Source of the DNA: an uncultured Bacteroidota bacterium
GTDB lineage: Bacteria; Bacteroidota; Bacteroidia; B-17B0; Aurantibacillaceae
DNA length: 64,000 bases
Reading direction: 5' to 3'
Assembly (NCBI GenBank): GCA_903928655.1
Contig: CAIYSA010000051.1
Location: 5,061-69,060 of the forward strand
The notes below the pieces were generated by a model that saw only the letters and a program-made list of their open reading frames with translations, was not told the DNA's origin and searched no databases. Positions 18,623 to 28,037 of this stretch are shown in pieces (the first letter of the stretch is position 1; every line of letters starts with the position of its first letter). The translations under genes were made by a program, and so were the position numbers.

Positions 18623-19066
18623 TTATGCGTTTTCTTGTAAAAATATTTTCATTTCACAAGTTGCTACTAATTCATTATTTGAATAAGAATTTGCTTCAAT
18701 AATAGAAACATTCATTACTTGAGTTTTTGTAATAACTTCTGTATATAATTCATTTCCAGATGGCGGTAAAAAATTAATGGCTAGGTTTTTTATATTTCCA
18801 ATAAATCCTAAAACAGGTTTTGTTCCGTTTTTTACAGCAACAAATCCAGCCATACTAGCAGCGGTTTGAGCCATGTTTTCAACTATTCCAGATTCAGTCA
18901 GCTTATTATTCTGAGTTAAAATATGGCTATCAGTAATGTCGAATCCAGTAACGATTAAACTCTCATCACATTTATAAATTCTACTAATTAAAACCATAGG
19001 TTCGCGTTGCGGAATATAATCTAAAATGGTATCAGAATTTACTATGGGGTTTTGTAGATTATTCAT
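18623..19066 (-). CDS. Hotdog-fold FabZ/ApeI-like dehydratase or thioesterase
   Basis: The IPQREPMVLI and GIVENMAQTAA blocks resemble FabZ-like hotdog proteins of aryl-polyene/flexirubin-type loci, from my recollection of the family. Start set at ATG 19064-19066 (the track uses TTG 19072). Its stop abuts the ATPase ATG. Confidence 0.65.
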   Translation of the reverse strand: MNNLQNPIVNSDTILDYIPQREPMVLISRIYKCDESLIVTGFDITDSHILTQNNKLTESGIVENMAQTAASMAGFVAVKNGTKPVLGFIGNIKNLAINFLPPSGNELYTEVITKTQVMNVSIIEANSYSNNELVATCEMKIFLQENA

Positions 19067-19151
19067 TTGCAAAAGTAGGCTACAAAAATACGTTTATATT
19101 AGGATTAAGCAAATTGTCATCCTCATAATTTAAACAACACTTAAATAACAC

Positions 19152-20291
19152 CTAAAGTGCATTGTTAAACTCAATCAATAGTTTACAAACGTCCACATAA
19201 TCCGTTAATGGCAATGTTTTTTCAAGATCATAAATATCATGATAGAAAGTAACTCCTCCGAGCGTATAAATAAAAAAACATGGAACCCCTTTTTCTGAAA
19301 ACCAATAATGGTCGCTATTTGCAGCTTTTCCTCTTTGCTTGATTTGTGTAACATATTTTTTTTGATTATTAATTGAATACAATTTCTCGAATTGAGTTTT
19401 ATAAACTGTTGCATTAACCGCCATTATCCCTTCGCTTCCAGTGCCTAATAAATCCAAGTTAGTCAAAAATTTAATTTTAGATAAAGGGAATAAAGGATGC
19501 TCACTATAATATTTTGAGCCTAATAATCCAGCTTCTTCTCCACTAAACATAATGAATGCAATTGAATATTTTGATGGATTTTTTTTATAATATTTTGCCA
19601 AATTAAGCAATACACTAACTCCGCTTGCATTATCGTTAGCACCTGGAAAATAAGCCGTTGTGCCCATTGCGCCTAAATGATCATAATGTGCCGAATAAAC
19701 TAAAAAACTATCTGGTTGTTCAGTTCCTTTTATATACCCAATTATATTTTGACATTTAAAATTTGGAATGAATTTATTTTCATAAATAACATCAATGTTT
19801 TTTAATTCATTCGGGAATGAGTCAATAAGCAATTCTACAACTGATTTATCGCCAAGTTTAGTTGCTACTGTATAAGTTAATTTTTTTCTCAACTTAATCT
19901 CTAATGGAGCATCAAATGCCTTATAAGTAACGCTATCAGTTTTAAATAATTGAAAGCCTGATTTAAGTGTTTTAGAGGACGGATCTATTAAAAAATGTTT
20001 CCCGGCTTCAAGTTGTTTGCCATCTATGGTAACAGAAATTTTACCAGGAAAGGTGTTCACATTAAAATTATAGGGCTGAGAATATGATTTTCCAATTGGC
20101 AATAATCCAATTGTTTTGAATTCACTCACTAAAAACTTCGCCGCTTTATTTACACCATCATTCACATAACCTCTTCCCAAAAACGTTTTCGAAGTTAGTT
20201 TTTTAATTATAACACGCGCATAGGTTGTGTCTTGGGCTCCTGAAAAGAAAGTGCTAATCGAAAAAACCAAAACCAAAAGTTTTTTATTCAT
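19152..20291 (-). CDS. M28 family metallopeptidase (secreted aminopeptidase-like)
   Basis: Signal peptide, then HYDHLG, GANDNASGVSVLL and FSGEEAGLLGS zinc-ligand blocks. Confidence 0.85.
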   Translation of the reverse strand: MNKKLLVLVFSISTFFSGAQDTTYARVIIKKLTSKTFLGRGYVNDGVNKAAKFLVSEFKTIGLLPIGKSYSQPYNFNVNTFPGKISVTIDGKQLEAGKHFLIDPSSKTLKSGFQLFKTDSVTYKAFDAPLEIKLRKKLTYTVATKLGDKSVVELLIDSFPNELKNIDVIYENKFIPNFKCQNIIGYIKGTEQPDSFLVYSAHYDHLGAMGTTAYFPGANDNASGVSVLLNLAKYYKKNPSKYSIAFIMFSGEEAGLLGSKYYSEHPLFPLSKIKFLTNLDLLGTGSEGIMAVNATVYKTQFEKLYSINNQKKYVTQIKQRGKAANSDHYWFSEKGVPCFFIYTLGGVTFYHDIYDLEKTLPLTDYVDVCKLLIEFNNAL

Positions 20292-20301
20292 AATTTACAT
20301 A

Positions 20302-20889
20302 TTATAAAAATCGCTTTTCAATTAAAGTATTTAATATTTTTGCTAACTCATTTTCTTCTTTCCAAAAATATATTTCTTTTAAGCCTTTAAAATAGTTGCG
20401 AGCATCTTGCAAACTATTAGCAGAATTCAATTGCTCAATTGCTATATTATATTCAGTAGAATTTGCGGAAAACAATTCGTTTATAAATCGAAATTTATCA
20501 TTTATACTAATGTTTAACTTAGGATAATTGCTTTTCACAGTAAGGCTTTCAGTGATTGAATCAACAATTTTTGTTGGTTCTGGGGTATTAATTTTTTCTT
20601 CAACTATTGCAACTGGTTCTATAATTTGAACTTTAACAATTTCTATAATTTCGGTTGGAGGAACTACGACTTCCATTAATTTTAAGTGCAAATTCAATTC
20701 TGGCGAAACTTCATTTTGTTCTTTTAACACCAAATAAGCAGAAACTACTTTATTAGTTTGTGTAATTGAAATATGAAGTTGCTCAGCATACGCTTTACTG
20801 GGAGGAGTATGTTTTTCAAATTTCTCTATTGCCTCTTTCAATTCGGCTAATGAAGTATTCAATTGTTTAAATAAAAGGTCGGTTTGCAT
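20302..20889 (-). CDS. Hypothetical protein
   Basis: 195-aa ORF with a clean coding frame and no motif I recognise. Confidence 0.5.
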   Translation of the reverse strand: MQTDLLFKQLNTSLAELKEAIEKFEKHTPPSKAYAEQLHISITQTNKVVSAYLVLKEQNEVSPELNLHLKLMEVVVPPTEIIEIVKVQIIEPVAIVEEKINTPEPTKIVDSITESLTVKSNYPKLNISINDKFRFINELFSANSTEYNIAIEQLNSANSLQDARNYFKGLKEIYFWKEENELAKILNTLIEKRFL

Positions 20890-20974
20890 ATTGTGAATAA
20901 TTAAGAATTAAAAATACAGTATTTTAGTTTTACTTAGATTATTTTTAATGATTATATATAATTAGTAATTAACC

Positions 20975-21553
20975 ATGTTTTTAGAAAACATAAAACAAAG
21001 CGCTCATAAACGAGGTTGGATAGAAGTAGTTTGCGGTTCTATGTTTTCAGGTAAAACAGAAGAATTGATTCGCAGATTGAGGCGCGCGCAGTTTGCTAAA
21101 CAAAAAGTTGAAATCTTTAAACCTCAAATTGACACGCGTTACCATGAAGAAAACGTGGTTTCCCACCAAGGAAATGAAATCATGAGTACGCCTGTGCCAG
21201 CAAGTTCTAACATTCTATTACTTGCAAATGATGTTGACGTAATTGGCATAGACGAAGCTCAATTTTTTGATATGGAATTGGTAAATGTTTGCAAACAATT
21301 AGCAAATAGTGGTGTAAGGGTAATTGTTGCGGGTTTAGACATGGATTTTAAAGGGAATCCATTTGGCCCGATGCCAGATTTACTTGCCTGTGCTGAATAC
21401 GTAACTAAAGTACATGCAATATGTATGAATTGCGGCAGTTTAGCACATATTTCTCACAGAAAAACTACTGAAACAAACTTGGTGTTACTAGGTGAAACCG
21501 ATAGCTACGAACCACTTTGCCGAGATTGCTATAATGCAGCAAATAAGATTTAG
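20975..21553 (+). CDS. tdk: Thymidine kinase
   Basis: P-loop [20 protein letters not shown], and a C-terminal zinc ribbon C..C ... C..C. Confidence 0.93.
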   Translation: MFLENIKQSAHKRGWIEVVCGSMFSGKTEELIRRLRRAQFAKQKVEIFKPQIDTRYHEENVVSHQGNEIMSTPVPASSNILLLANDVDVIGIDEAQFFDMELVNVCKQLANSGVRVIVAGLDMDFKGNPFGPMPDLLACAEYVTKVHAICMNCGSLAHISHRKTTETNLVLLGETDSYEPLCRDCYNAANKI

Positions 21554-21631
21554 TTTTTTGATGAGTTGTTAAAAACAAAATCTGTTTTCATGATTAATTA
21601 TATATAATTTTAGTTCTTATAAAAACAAAAA

Positions 21632-22282
21632 ATGGCACACCTTATAGCACCATCAGTATTATCTGCCGATTTCGGAAATTTACAGCGAGACGTTGAATTA
21701 ATAAATAATTCGGAAGCAGATTGGTTTCATGTTGATATCATGGATGGCGTTTTTGTTCCAAATATTTCTTTTGGGTTTCCTGTTTTAAAAGCGATACAAA
21801 AACATGCGAAAAAACCAATTGATGTTCATTTAATGATTGTTGACCCTGATAGATATACGCATGCATTTAAAGATGCTGGTGCAGATATCTTAACGTTTCA
21901 TATTGAAGCTTGTACTCATTTACATCGCTCTATTCAAAACATAAAAAACGCTGGTATGAAAGCAGGCGTTGCTCTAAATCCTCATACTCCAGTGCATTTA
22001 TTGGAAGATATCATTGCAGACATTGATTTGGTTTGTGTAATGAGTGTAAACCCAGGATTTGGCGGACAAAAATTTATTGAAAATACCTATACCAAAGTAA
22101 TGGCTTTGAAAAAATTAATTACTGAAAAAAAATCGAAGGCTCTTATAGAAATTGATGGTGGAGTTGATTTCAATAATTATAAAAAACTACTATCTTGCGG
22201 CGCTGATGTTTTGGTTGCAGGCAACACCGTTTTTGGGAATGCAAATCCTACTGAAGCAATCAAAAAATTAAAACAATTATAA
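21632..22282 (+). CDS. rpe: Ribulose-phosphate 3-epimerase
   Basis: [24 protein letters not shown] and [10 protein letters not shown] are canonical Rpe blocks. Confidence 0.93.
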   Translation: MAHLIAPSVLSADFGNLQRDVELINNSEADWFHVDIMDGVFVPNISFGFPVLKAIQKHAKKPIDVHLMIVDPDRYTHAFKDAGADILTFHIEACTHLHRSIQNIKNAGMKAGVALNPHTPVHLLEDIIADIDLVCVMSVNPGFGGQKFIENTYTKVMALKKLITEKKSKALIEIDGGVDFNNYKKLLSCGADVLVAGNTVFGNANPTEAIKKLKQL

Positions 22283-22310
22283 ATTTACTAATCATTTAAA
22301 CCTAAACATT

Positions 22311-22922
22311 ATGGCATTTGAATTACCACAATTGGCTTATGCACACGCTGCGCTTGAGCCACATATCGACACTAAAACTATGGAAATACACCATGGTAAA
22401 CACCACCAAGCATACGTTACAAATTTAAATAACGCACTTGCAGGAACAGATGCTGAAAAATTAAGCATCGAAGAAATTTGTAAAAACATTTCTAAATACC
22501 CAATGGCTCTTAGAAATAACGGTGGCGGACATTACAACCACTCTTTATTTTGGACTATAATGGCTCCAAACGCTGGAGGAACTCCAAAAGGTGCATTAGC
22601 TGCAGCAATTGAAAGCGATTTAGGTGGTTTCGAAAAATTTAAAACAGATTTCACACAAGCTGGAGCAACTCGTTTTGGTTCGGGTTGGGCTTGGTTATGC
22701 GTAAAAGCTGATGGTAAATTAGCAGTTTGTTCTACACCAAACCAAGATAATCCATTAATGGACATTGCAGATTGCAAAGGAACTCCAATTTTAGGTATGG
22801 ATGTTTGGGAACATGCTTATTATTTGCATTACCAAAATCGTCGTCCTGATTACATGTTAGCATTTTTTAATGTTATTAATTGGGACAAGGTTTCTGAATT
22901 ATTTGAAGCAGCAAAAAAATAG
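22311..22922 (+). CDS. sodA: Fe/Mn superoxide dismutase
   Basis: [10 protein letters not shown] and DVWEHAYYL signatures. Confidence 0.93.
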   Translation: MAFELPQLAYAHAALEPHIDTKTMEIHHGKHHQAYVTNLNNALAGTDAEKLSIEEICKNISKYPMALRNNGGGHYNHSLFWTIMAPNAGGTPKGALAAAIESDLGGFEKFKTDFTQAGATRFGSGWAWLCVKADGKLAVCSTPNQDNPLMDIADCKGTPILGMDVWEHAYYLHYQNRRPDYMLAFFNVINWDKVSELFEAAKK

Positions 22923-22944
22923 TTAAAAATTATTTTACTGAATT

Positions 22945-22980
22945 AAAAAAGTCGTCATAAAATTTATGGCGACTTTTTTA
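22945..22980. terminator. Bidirectional Rho-independent terminator between sodA (+) and the DUF2304 gene (-)
   Basis: aaaaaa-GTCGTCAT-aaaattt-ATGGCGAC-tttttt (one G-U pair in the stem), placed between convergent stops. Confidence 0.7.
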
Positions 22981-22996
22981 ATTTATAAATTTTTGC

Positions 22997-23362
22997 TTAT
23001 TCTTTTTTCTTGTCAGACTCAAGCTTTTCCTTAAGCAAAGCCATCTCTTGACTTAAATCTTTTATTTGTTTATGTTGCTTTGAATTAACAACTGATAGAT
23101 GAACCAAAAAAATGATGATTGCAAACAAAGCTCCAATAAATATTAAAGAAGGCGCATAATAAATTCCCAATAATTTAGCGATAACATCTAAGCCATTTCT
23201 CCAGATCGAAAACAATAATAAAAAAGCGGTACAGGTAATCCAAATAAATGAATATTCTTCGCGTAATTTTCCCTTAAAGATTAATCGAAAAATAAAAAAC
23301 ATAAAAATTACAGCAAGTATAATTGCAATAATTTGAAGTCTATATGGTATGACGTTTTCCAT
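22997..23362 (-). CDS. DUF2304-like small membrane protein (about 4 TM plus a C-terminal coiled coil)
   Basis: 121 aa. The block ...KGKLREEYSFIWI... is typical of DUF2304 proteins that accompany GT2 polyprenyl-phosphate glycosyltransferases. It overlaps the GT2 gene by 23 nt. Confidence 0.65.
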   Translation of the reverse strand: MENVIPYRLQIIAIILAVIFMFFIFRLIFKGKLREEYSFIWITCTAFLLLFSIWRNGLDVIAKLLGIYYAPSLIFIGALFAIIIFLVHLSVVNSKQHKQIKDLSQEMALLKEKLESDKKKE

Positions 23363-24080
23363 TAAATTTTAGACGAATATATAAAAAAATTGTTCCTAAT
23401 GTTACTTTAAACATATAGTAAACTGTTTTGTAAGCTCTTATTGATGATTTACCACCTTGTCTTTCGCGCATTATAACAGGAACTTCCTGTATTTTTAAAT
23501 TATTTAATACAAATAAAACAATAGCCTCAGGTTCTGGATATTCATCAGGATAATACTCCGATACAACTTGAAGCGCTTTATGATTAATGGCTCTATAGCC
23601 AGATGTACTATCGGTAATACTAACACCAACTAACTTTTTGTTTAACCATTTAAAATAATTTATACCAACTCGTCTAAGCCAAGAAGATTGAAAACCTTCA
23701 TTAGAAATATAACGCGAACCAATAACGACATCTGCTTGATTATTTAATAATGGAGAAATGATTTTTTCTAATTCACAAGGAGGATGTTGACCATCGCCAT
23801 CCATCTGTATCGCAACATCAAAACCGTTTCGTAAAGCATATTTGAAACCCGTTTGAACAGCGCCACCAATTCCAAGATTTACTGGTAAACTTAAATGATG
23901 AATGTTGTTTGAGACTAAAATTTGCTTCGTATTATCCGTTGAACAATCATTTATAAAAATGGGCTCAACAAAATATGCGTTATCGTATTTAGAGTTTTTT
24001 ATCTCGCTAAACATTGCCAATACATTGTCCTGCTCGTTATAACAAGGGATAATAACAGCAACTTTTACTATTTTATTCAT
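23340..24080 (-). CDS. GT2 glycosyltransferase, polyprenyl-phosphate sugar synthase type (GtrB/ArnC/DPM1-like)
   Basis: VAVIIPCYNE, a DCSTDNT-type DxD region, QMDGDGQHPP and a C-terminal TM pair. Start set at ATG 24078-24080 (MNKIVKV). It overlaps the upstream gene stop by 8 nt. Confidence 0.8.
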   Translation of the reverse strand: MNKIVKVAVIIPCYNEQDNVLAMFSEIKNSKYDNAYFVEPIFINDCSTDNTKQILVSNNIHHLSLPVNLGIGGAVQTGFKYALRNGFDVAIQMDGDGQHPPCELEKIISPLLNNQADVVIGSRYISNEGFQSSWLRRVGINYFKWLNKKLVGVSITDSTSGYRAINHKALQVVSEYYPDEYPEPEAIVLFVLNNLKIQEVPVIMRERQGGKSSIRAYKTVYYMFKVTLGTIFLYIRLKFNGKRHTI

Positions 24081-25449
24081 CTCTCTTTCCATTTCTACGC
24101 GCCTCATAATTAGGAGGCGAAAACATTAACTGTAATTCCTCCAATTCTAAAGGAGTATAGGTTCTTTTCAAAAAGGTGAACTTGTATGCCTGATAAGTCA
24201 TTCCATCAAAATGGAGTATACGATGTTTGTATAAATTTGACTGAAATAAATTTACAATAGAAAAGCAAACTAAACTTAACGTGAAAAACGAAATTACTCC
24301 ATTTTTAATCTTAGTTGAATTGATCGTATCAAACATCCAACTTACAAAATAGCCAAACGGAATCGTTAATAATGCATAACAATGAATTAAAGCCCTCATT
24401 CCAAAAGAGCCGCCATAGCTCCAATCCCACCAACAACTTATTAAATAAATATTCAAAATAAAATAAACTATAAATGGGTAAAAAATAGTTTTGTTTTTTC
24501 TAAATAAAAAAATAAAACCAACAAAGAAAAAAACCAATACAGGAGAATAAATAAATAAACCTTTTCTAAAACTAAAAAACACATTCCAAATTTGAGGATC
24601 ACTCCAAAAAAAACGTTCATTGCTTCCGTAGGAAAAAAATAAAAACGAACCAGATTTAATCTTCCAAAATATTAATTGCGGAATAATTGGAAGTAAAAAA
24701 AGGAGGCCCGAAAACAGAATGCTTTTTATATTACTGAATACAGTTCCAACTTTCAGTTTAAATGTGTCAACATTATAAACACCAATTAATAATGGAATTA
24801 ATAAAACAATTATTTCACTTGGCCTAATAAGAGTAATAAAACCAGCCACAAACATAAACGAAAATAAATTTTTTCTTTTTAAAGTTTTCTGCCACTGTAT
24901 GACGTTATAAATAAATATAGACAAAAGAAAAAACAACACGCCGTGTACTATTAGACTTTCGGAAACGGTGTAATAAAACAAATTGGTTGCAAAAAAAAGA
25001 GTCAATAATGTTACGGCAACAATTTTGTCTTTAAAAAAAATTAATAATGTTTTTCTCGTAATCCAAAATCCTATTAGAGTATAAAACATACAACCTAAAT
25101 GTATACACCATGCAAATGCTGGTTCATACCCTGAACTTTGGTTACTTGAAATTAATTTGGCAAATAAAAAAAAGGGGGCGTAAAAAAAAGCCATGCCATA
25201 CGTTACCTTTGGTACATAATGTAATGTTGGCGTTTCAATTAACCAATATTGATGGTAGTCAGGAACAAAATTTAAAGAATGATTATTACTTAAGTTAATT
25301 AGGTAACAATAATATTGGTCAACATCATTATTAAATGGATGATTTTGCGCTCCCCAATTTATAAAATGGAAAGTACTGCTAAAAGCAAACAATACAATCA
25401 AGACAAAACTAATTGTTGAATAAATATTTTTAGTCTCGATTAGTTTCAA
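24073..25449 (-). CDS. Polytopic membrane protein, GT-C-like glycosyltransferase candidate (paralog of 25477..27282)
   Basis: 458 aa with at least 10 TM. Shared motifs with the 601-aa neighbour: D..YY.YL (NNDVDQYYCYL vs SSDGLGYYSYL), LIRPSE vs LLRPTN, RKGLFIYSPV vs KKGLFIYTPI, and WSYGGSFGMRA vs WSYGGCFGNRA. The start is TTG as given in the track and is uncertain. Confidence 0.6.
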   Translation of the reverse strand: MKLIETKNIYSTISFVLIVLFAFSSTFHFINWGAQNHPFNNDVDQYYCYLINLSNNHSLNFVPDYHQYWLIETPTLHYVPKVTYGMAFFYAPFFLFAKLISSNQSSGYEPAFAWCIHLGCMFYTLIGFWITRKTLLIFFKDKIVAVTLLTLFFATNLFYYTVSESLIVHGVLFFLLSIFIYNVIQWQKTLKRKNLFSFMFVAGFITLIRPSEIIVLLIPLLIGVYNVDTFKLKVGTVFSNIKSILFSGLLFLLPIIPQLIFWKIKSGSFLFFSYGSNERFFWSDPQIWNVFFSFRKGLFIYSPVLVFFFVGFIFLFRKNKTIFYPFIVYFILNIYLISCWWDWSYGGSFGMRALIHCYALLTIPFGYFVSWMFDTINSTKIKNGVISFFTLSLVCFSIVNLFQSNLYKHRILHFDGMTYQAYKFTFLKRTYTPLELEELQLMFSPPNYEARRNGKRDE

Positions 25450-25476
25450 TTTTGTGGCGTTAAATAAAGTGTATAA

Positions 25477-27282
25477 TTATTTTTTCTTAAAGACAGTAAC
25501 CTTCATGTTATCAATTAAATTTTTTCCTTTAACTGACATAGCAAAAACTTTAATATCACTGTTTGGTTTTAATAAATACCTTTCAATTCGTGCTGAAATA
25601 GTAACTTTTTTCCACCCATTCTCCATTTCATCAAACTGATTTGCCCAAACATAAAACCATTGAATATTTTTACCGTTTTCCTCCAATGAAATAGCTAAAC
25701 CTAAATCCCTAACGTTATCAATTGGCTTCATCATACATTCTGCAAACACATAAAACGTTTCGTCTAGGTTCAAATCCTTCTTTACATTATATAAAACGCC
25801 TTTTGAATAATTGTATTTATCGCCAACATATGACGCTTTATTACTTTTATAGCCCCCTAAAACAATATTCTCTTCTATGTTTAAATTTTCCATGTCAAAA
25901 TAATCTTGCTTGCAAATGTTGAATTTTTCAGAAAAACCTTTAAATCTTTTTTCATTAATACTTCCTAAACTTGGATTCATAAACATATCCCAATAAGCTT
26001 CCTTAGTAACTTCAGTAGAATCCATTATTGAATTACAATACTGATAGGCCATCATTTGATTAGCAAAAACAAATGGCAAACTAATAATTACTAATACTCT
26101 TTTAAAACGTAAGTTTAATTTATTTAGTATAACTATTATACTAATTATAAAAATAGGATAAACCTCAACAAAAGCTCTGTTTCCAAAACATCCGCCATAG
26201 GACCAATAAAACCAAGAAGCTGCAATATATGTAAATACAAAAAACGTAAGTAGCAATATTGTTTTTTTGTACCAACTTAATTTAGAAATTACAATTAACA
26301 ATAGACTCGCAAAAATAATTGGAGTATAAATAAATAATCCCTTCTTATAACTAAATAGGATGTTAACTATTTCTGGTTTATCAAAATTAAAAGATGCCTC
26401 CTGATAAGAATAAACAATAAAATCACCAGTTTGCAAATAATAAAAAATTAGCTGAATAAATACTATAAGAAAAAAAAGAATTATAGAACCTATAATAGCT
26501 AAGTATTTTTTTATAACTAAACTTTTTACGAACTCAAAAAACGCTTTAAAACTTTCGAAGAAAAAAGGGACAAATAAAAGAACAGATGTGTTAGTTGGCC
26601 TTAGTAAGGCAATTAAACCAAGACTAGCGAATGTTAAAAAAACAAAGTAATTGGATTTGGTTTGAATTAACCTTGTTATAATATAAAAAAACAAAGTAAT
26701 TGCGAAAAAGGAATAACAGTGAGACATTGAAGGCTCTTGAACAACATAGTGAAATAAATTTGTACAAAAAAAGAAAACTATACTTACCCAAAAACTTATT
26801 TTTTTGGAGATAGAAAAGTAATCCGCAATTTTTCCTATCAAAAAAACAGAGAGCAAAAAATAAACAATTGAGGCAATACTAACCAACATTAAAAACGTGT
26901 CTGTATAGCCATTTATTTCAGTGCCGGCAATTGCTGAAATTCCAATTCCTACCAAAAAAAAAGGTGTTAAACAAATTGCGGTTCCGCAAAAATACTTATT
27001 AATCTTTTTATCCTTATACCTACTAGAATATGGATTATAAAAAGGATTATAAAAAGGATTGATTTTATTTTCCTTCTTTTCATAATATGTATAATCAAAA
27101 TCTTGGTAAATAATTGCAGCTGGCAAATAACTGTAATATCCTAAACCATCAGAGGAAACAGAATTTACAAGTCCATTTTGATGAATATTTAAAAAACGTT
27201 GGCTTAAAACAATTAAAAATAGAGCAAAGAATAATACGATGTATTTCTTGTTCCATAATGCGGTTGTAATAGAATTAAACAT
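25477..27282 (-). CDS. Polytopic membrane protein, GT-C-like glycosyltransferase candidate with an extra C-terminal soluble beta-rich domain
   Basis: 601 aa. It shares the motifs listed for 24073..25449. The last ~150 aa are non-membrane and resemble the stand-alone lipoprotein at 30034..30579. Its ATG shares one nucleotide with the scoB stop (TAATG). Confidence 0.6.
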   Translation of the reverse strand: MFNSITTALWNKKYIVLFFALFLIVLSQRFLNIHQNGLVNSVSSDGLGYYSYLPAAIIYQDFDYTYYEKKENKINPFYNPFYNPYSSRYKDKKINKYFCGTAICLTPFFLVGIGISAIAGTEINGYTDTFLMLVSIASIVYFLLSVFLIGKIADYFSISKKISFWVSIVFFFCTNLFHYVVQEPSMSHCYSFFAITLFFYIITRLIQTKSNYFVFLTFASLGLIALLRPTNTSVLLFVPFFFESFKAFFEFVKSLVIKKYLAIIGSIILFFLIVFIQLIFYYLQTGDFIVYSYQEASFNFDKPEIVNILFSYKKGLFIYTPIIFASLLLIVISKLSWYKKTILLLTFFVFTYIAASWFYWSYGGCFGNRAFVEVYPIFIISIIVILNKLNLRFKRVLVIISLPFVFANQMMAYQYCNSIMDSTEVTKEAYWDMFMNPSLGSINEKRFKGFSEKFNICKQDYFDMENLNIEENIVLGGYKSNKASYVGDKYNYSKGVLYNVKKDLNLDETFYVFAECMMKPIDNVRDLGLAISLEENGKNIQWFYVWANQFDEMENGWKKVTISARIERYLLKPNSDIKVFAMSVKGKNLIDNMKVTVFKKK

Positions 27283-27941
27283 TAATCAATGATCATTTCT
27301 GGGATTTCACCTTCAATAATTAATTTACCAAGTGTTGCATTTTTAATTTGTTCAACACTTACTCCTGGTGCTCTTTCTAATAAACGAAATCCACCTTCAG
27401 GCAAAATATCTAAAACAGCTAGTTCAGTAACTATTTTTTTCACACATCTAATTCCAGTTAAGGGTAAATCACAATTAGGTAATAGTTTTGATTCGCCCGC
27501 TTTATTTACATGTTGCATGGCAACAATAATATTTTTTGCACTAGCTACTAAATCCATTGCTCCACCCATTCCTTTCACCATTTTTCCAGGAATTTTCCAA
27601 TTTGCAATATCTCCGTTTTCACTAACTTCCATGGCCCCCAAAATTGTTAAGTTCACTTTTTGAGAACGAATCATTCCAAAACTCATTGCGCTATCAAATA
27701 CTGAAGATCCTTTAAGTAATGTAACTGTTTGTTTTCCGGCATTAATTAAATCAGCATCTTCTTCACCTTCAATAGGAAATGGACCCATTCCAAGAATTCC
27801 ATTTTCAGATTGAAGAACAACGTTTACTCCATCAGGAATAAAATTTGCAACAAGTGTAGGAATGCCTATTCCTAAATTAACATACATTCCGTCTTTAACT
27901 TCTTTTGCGATTCTTTTTGCGATTCCGTTTTTATCTAACAT
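27282..27941 (-). CDS. scoB: 3-oxoacid CoA-transferase subunit B
   Basis: GMYVNLGIGIPTLVANFI and the SENG catalytic-Glu block (LQSENGILG). Start set at ATG 27939-27941 (MLDKNGIAKRIAKE...). The track alternative is TTG 27959. Confidence 0.88.
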   Translation of the reverse strand: MLDKNGIAKRIAKEVKDGMYVNLGIGIPTLVANFIPDGVNVVLQSENGILGMGPFPIEGEEDADLINAGKQTVTLLKGSSVFDSAMSFGMIRSQKVNLTILGAMEVSENGDIANWKIPGKMVKGMGGAMDLVASAKNIIVAMQHVNKAGESKLLPNCDLPLTGIRCVKKIVTELAVLDILPEGGFRLLERAPGVSVEQIKNATLGKLIIEGEIPEMIID

Positions 27942-28037
27942 GACCGTTTTTGTTTGCAACGAAAATAATTAAAAAAAAGGAGAATATCGAGAAAAAAATC
28001 ATCTAAAAACACAATTAATGAGGGCAAACGGCTAAAA

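Noticed and set aside
25755-25775. GGTTCAAATCC, a tRNA T-loop-like string.
   Set aside because: The flanking bases cannot form a T-stem (CTAGG vs CCTTC), there is no acceptor or anticodon arm, and it lies inside a well-supported CDS.
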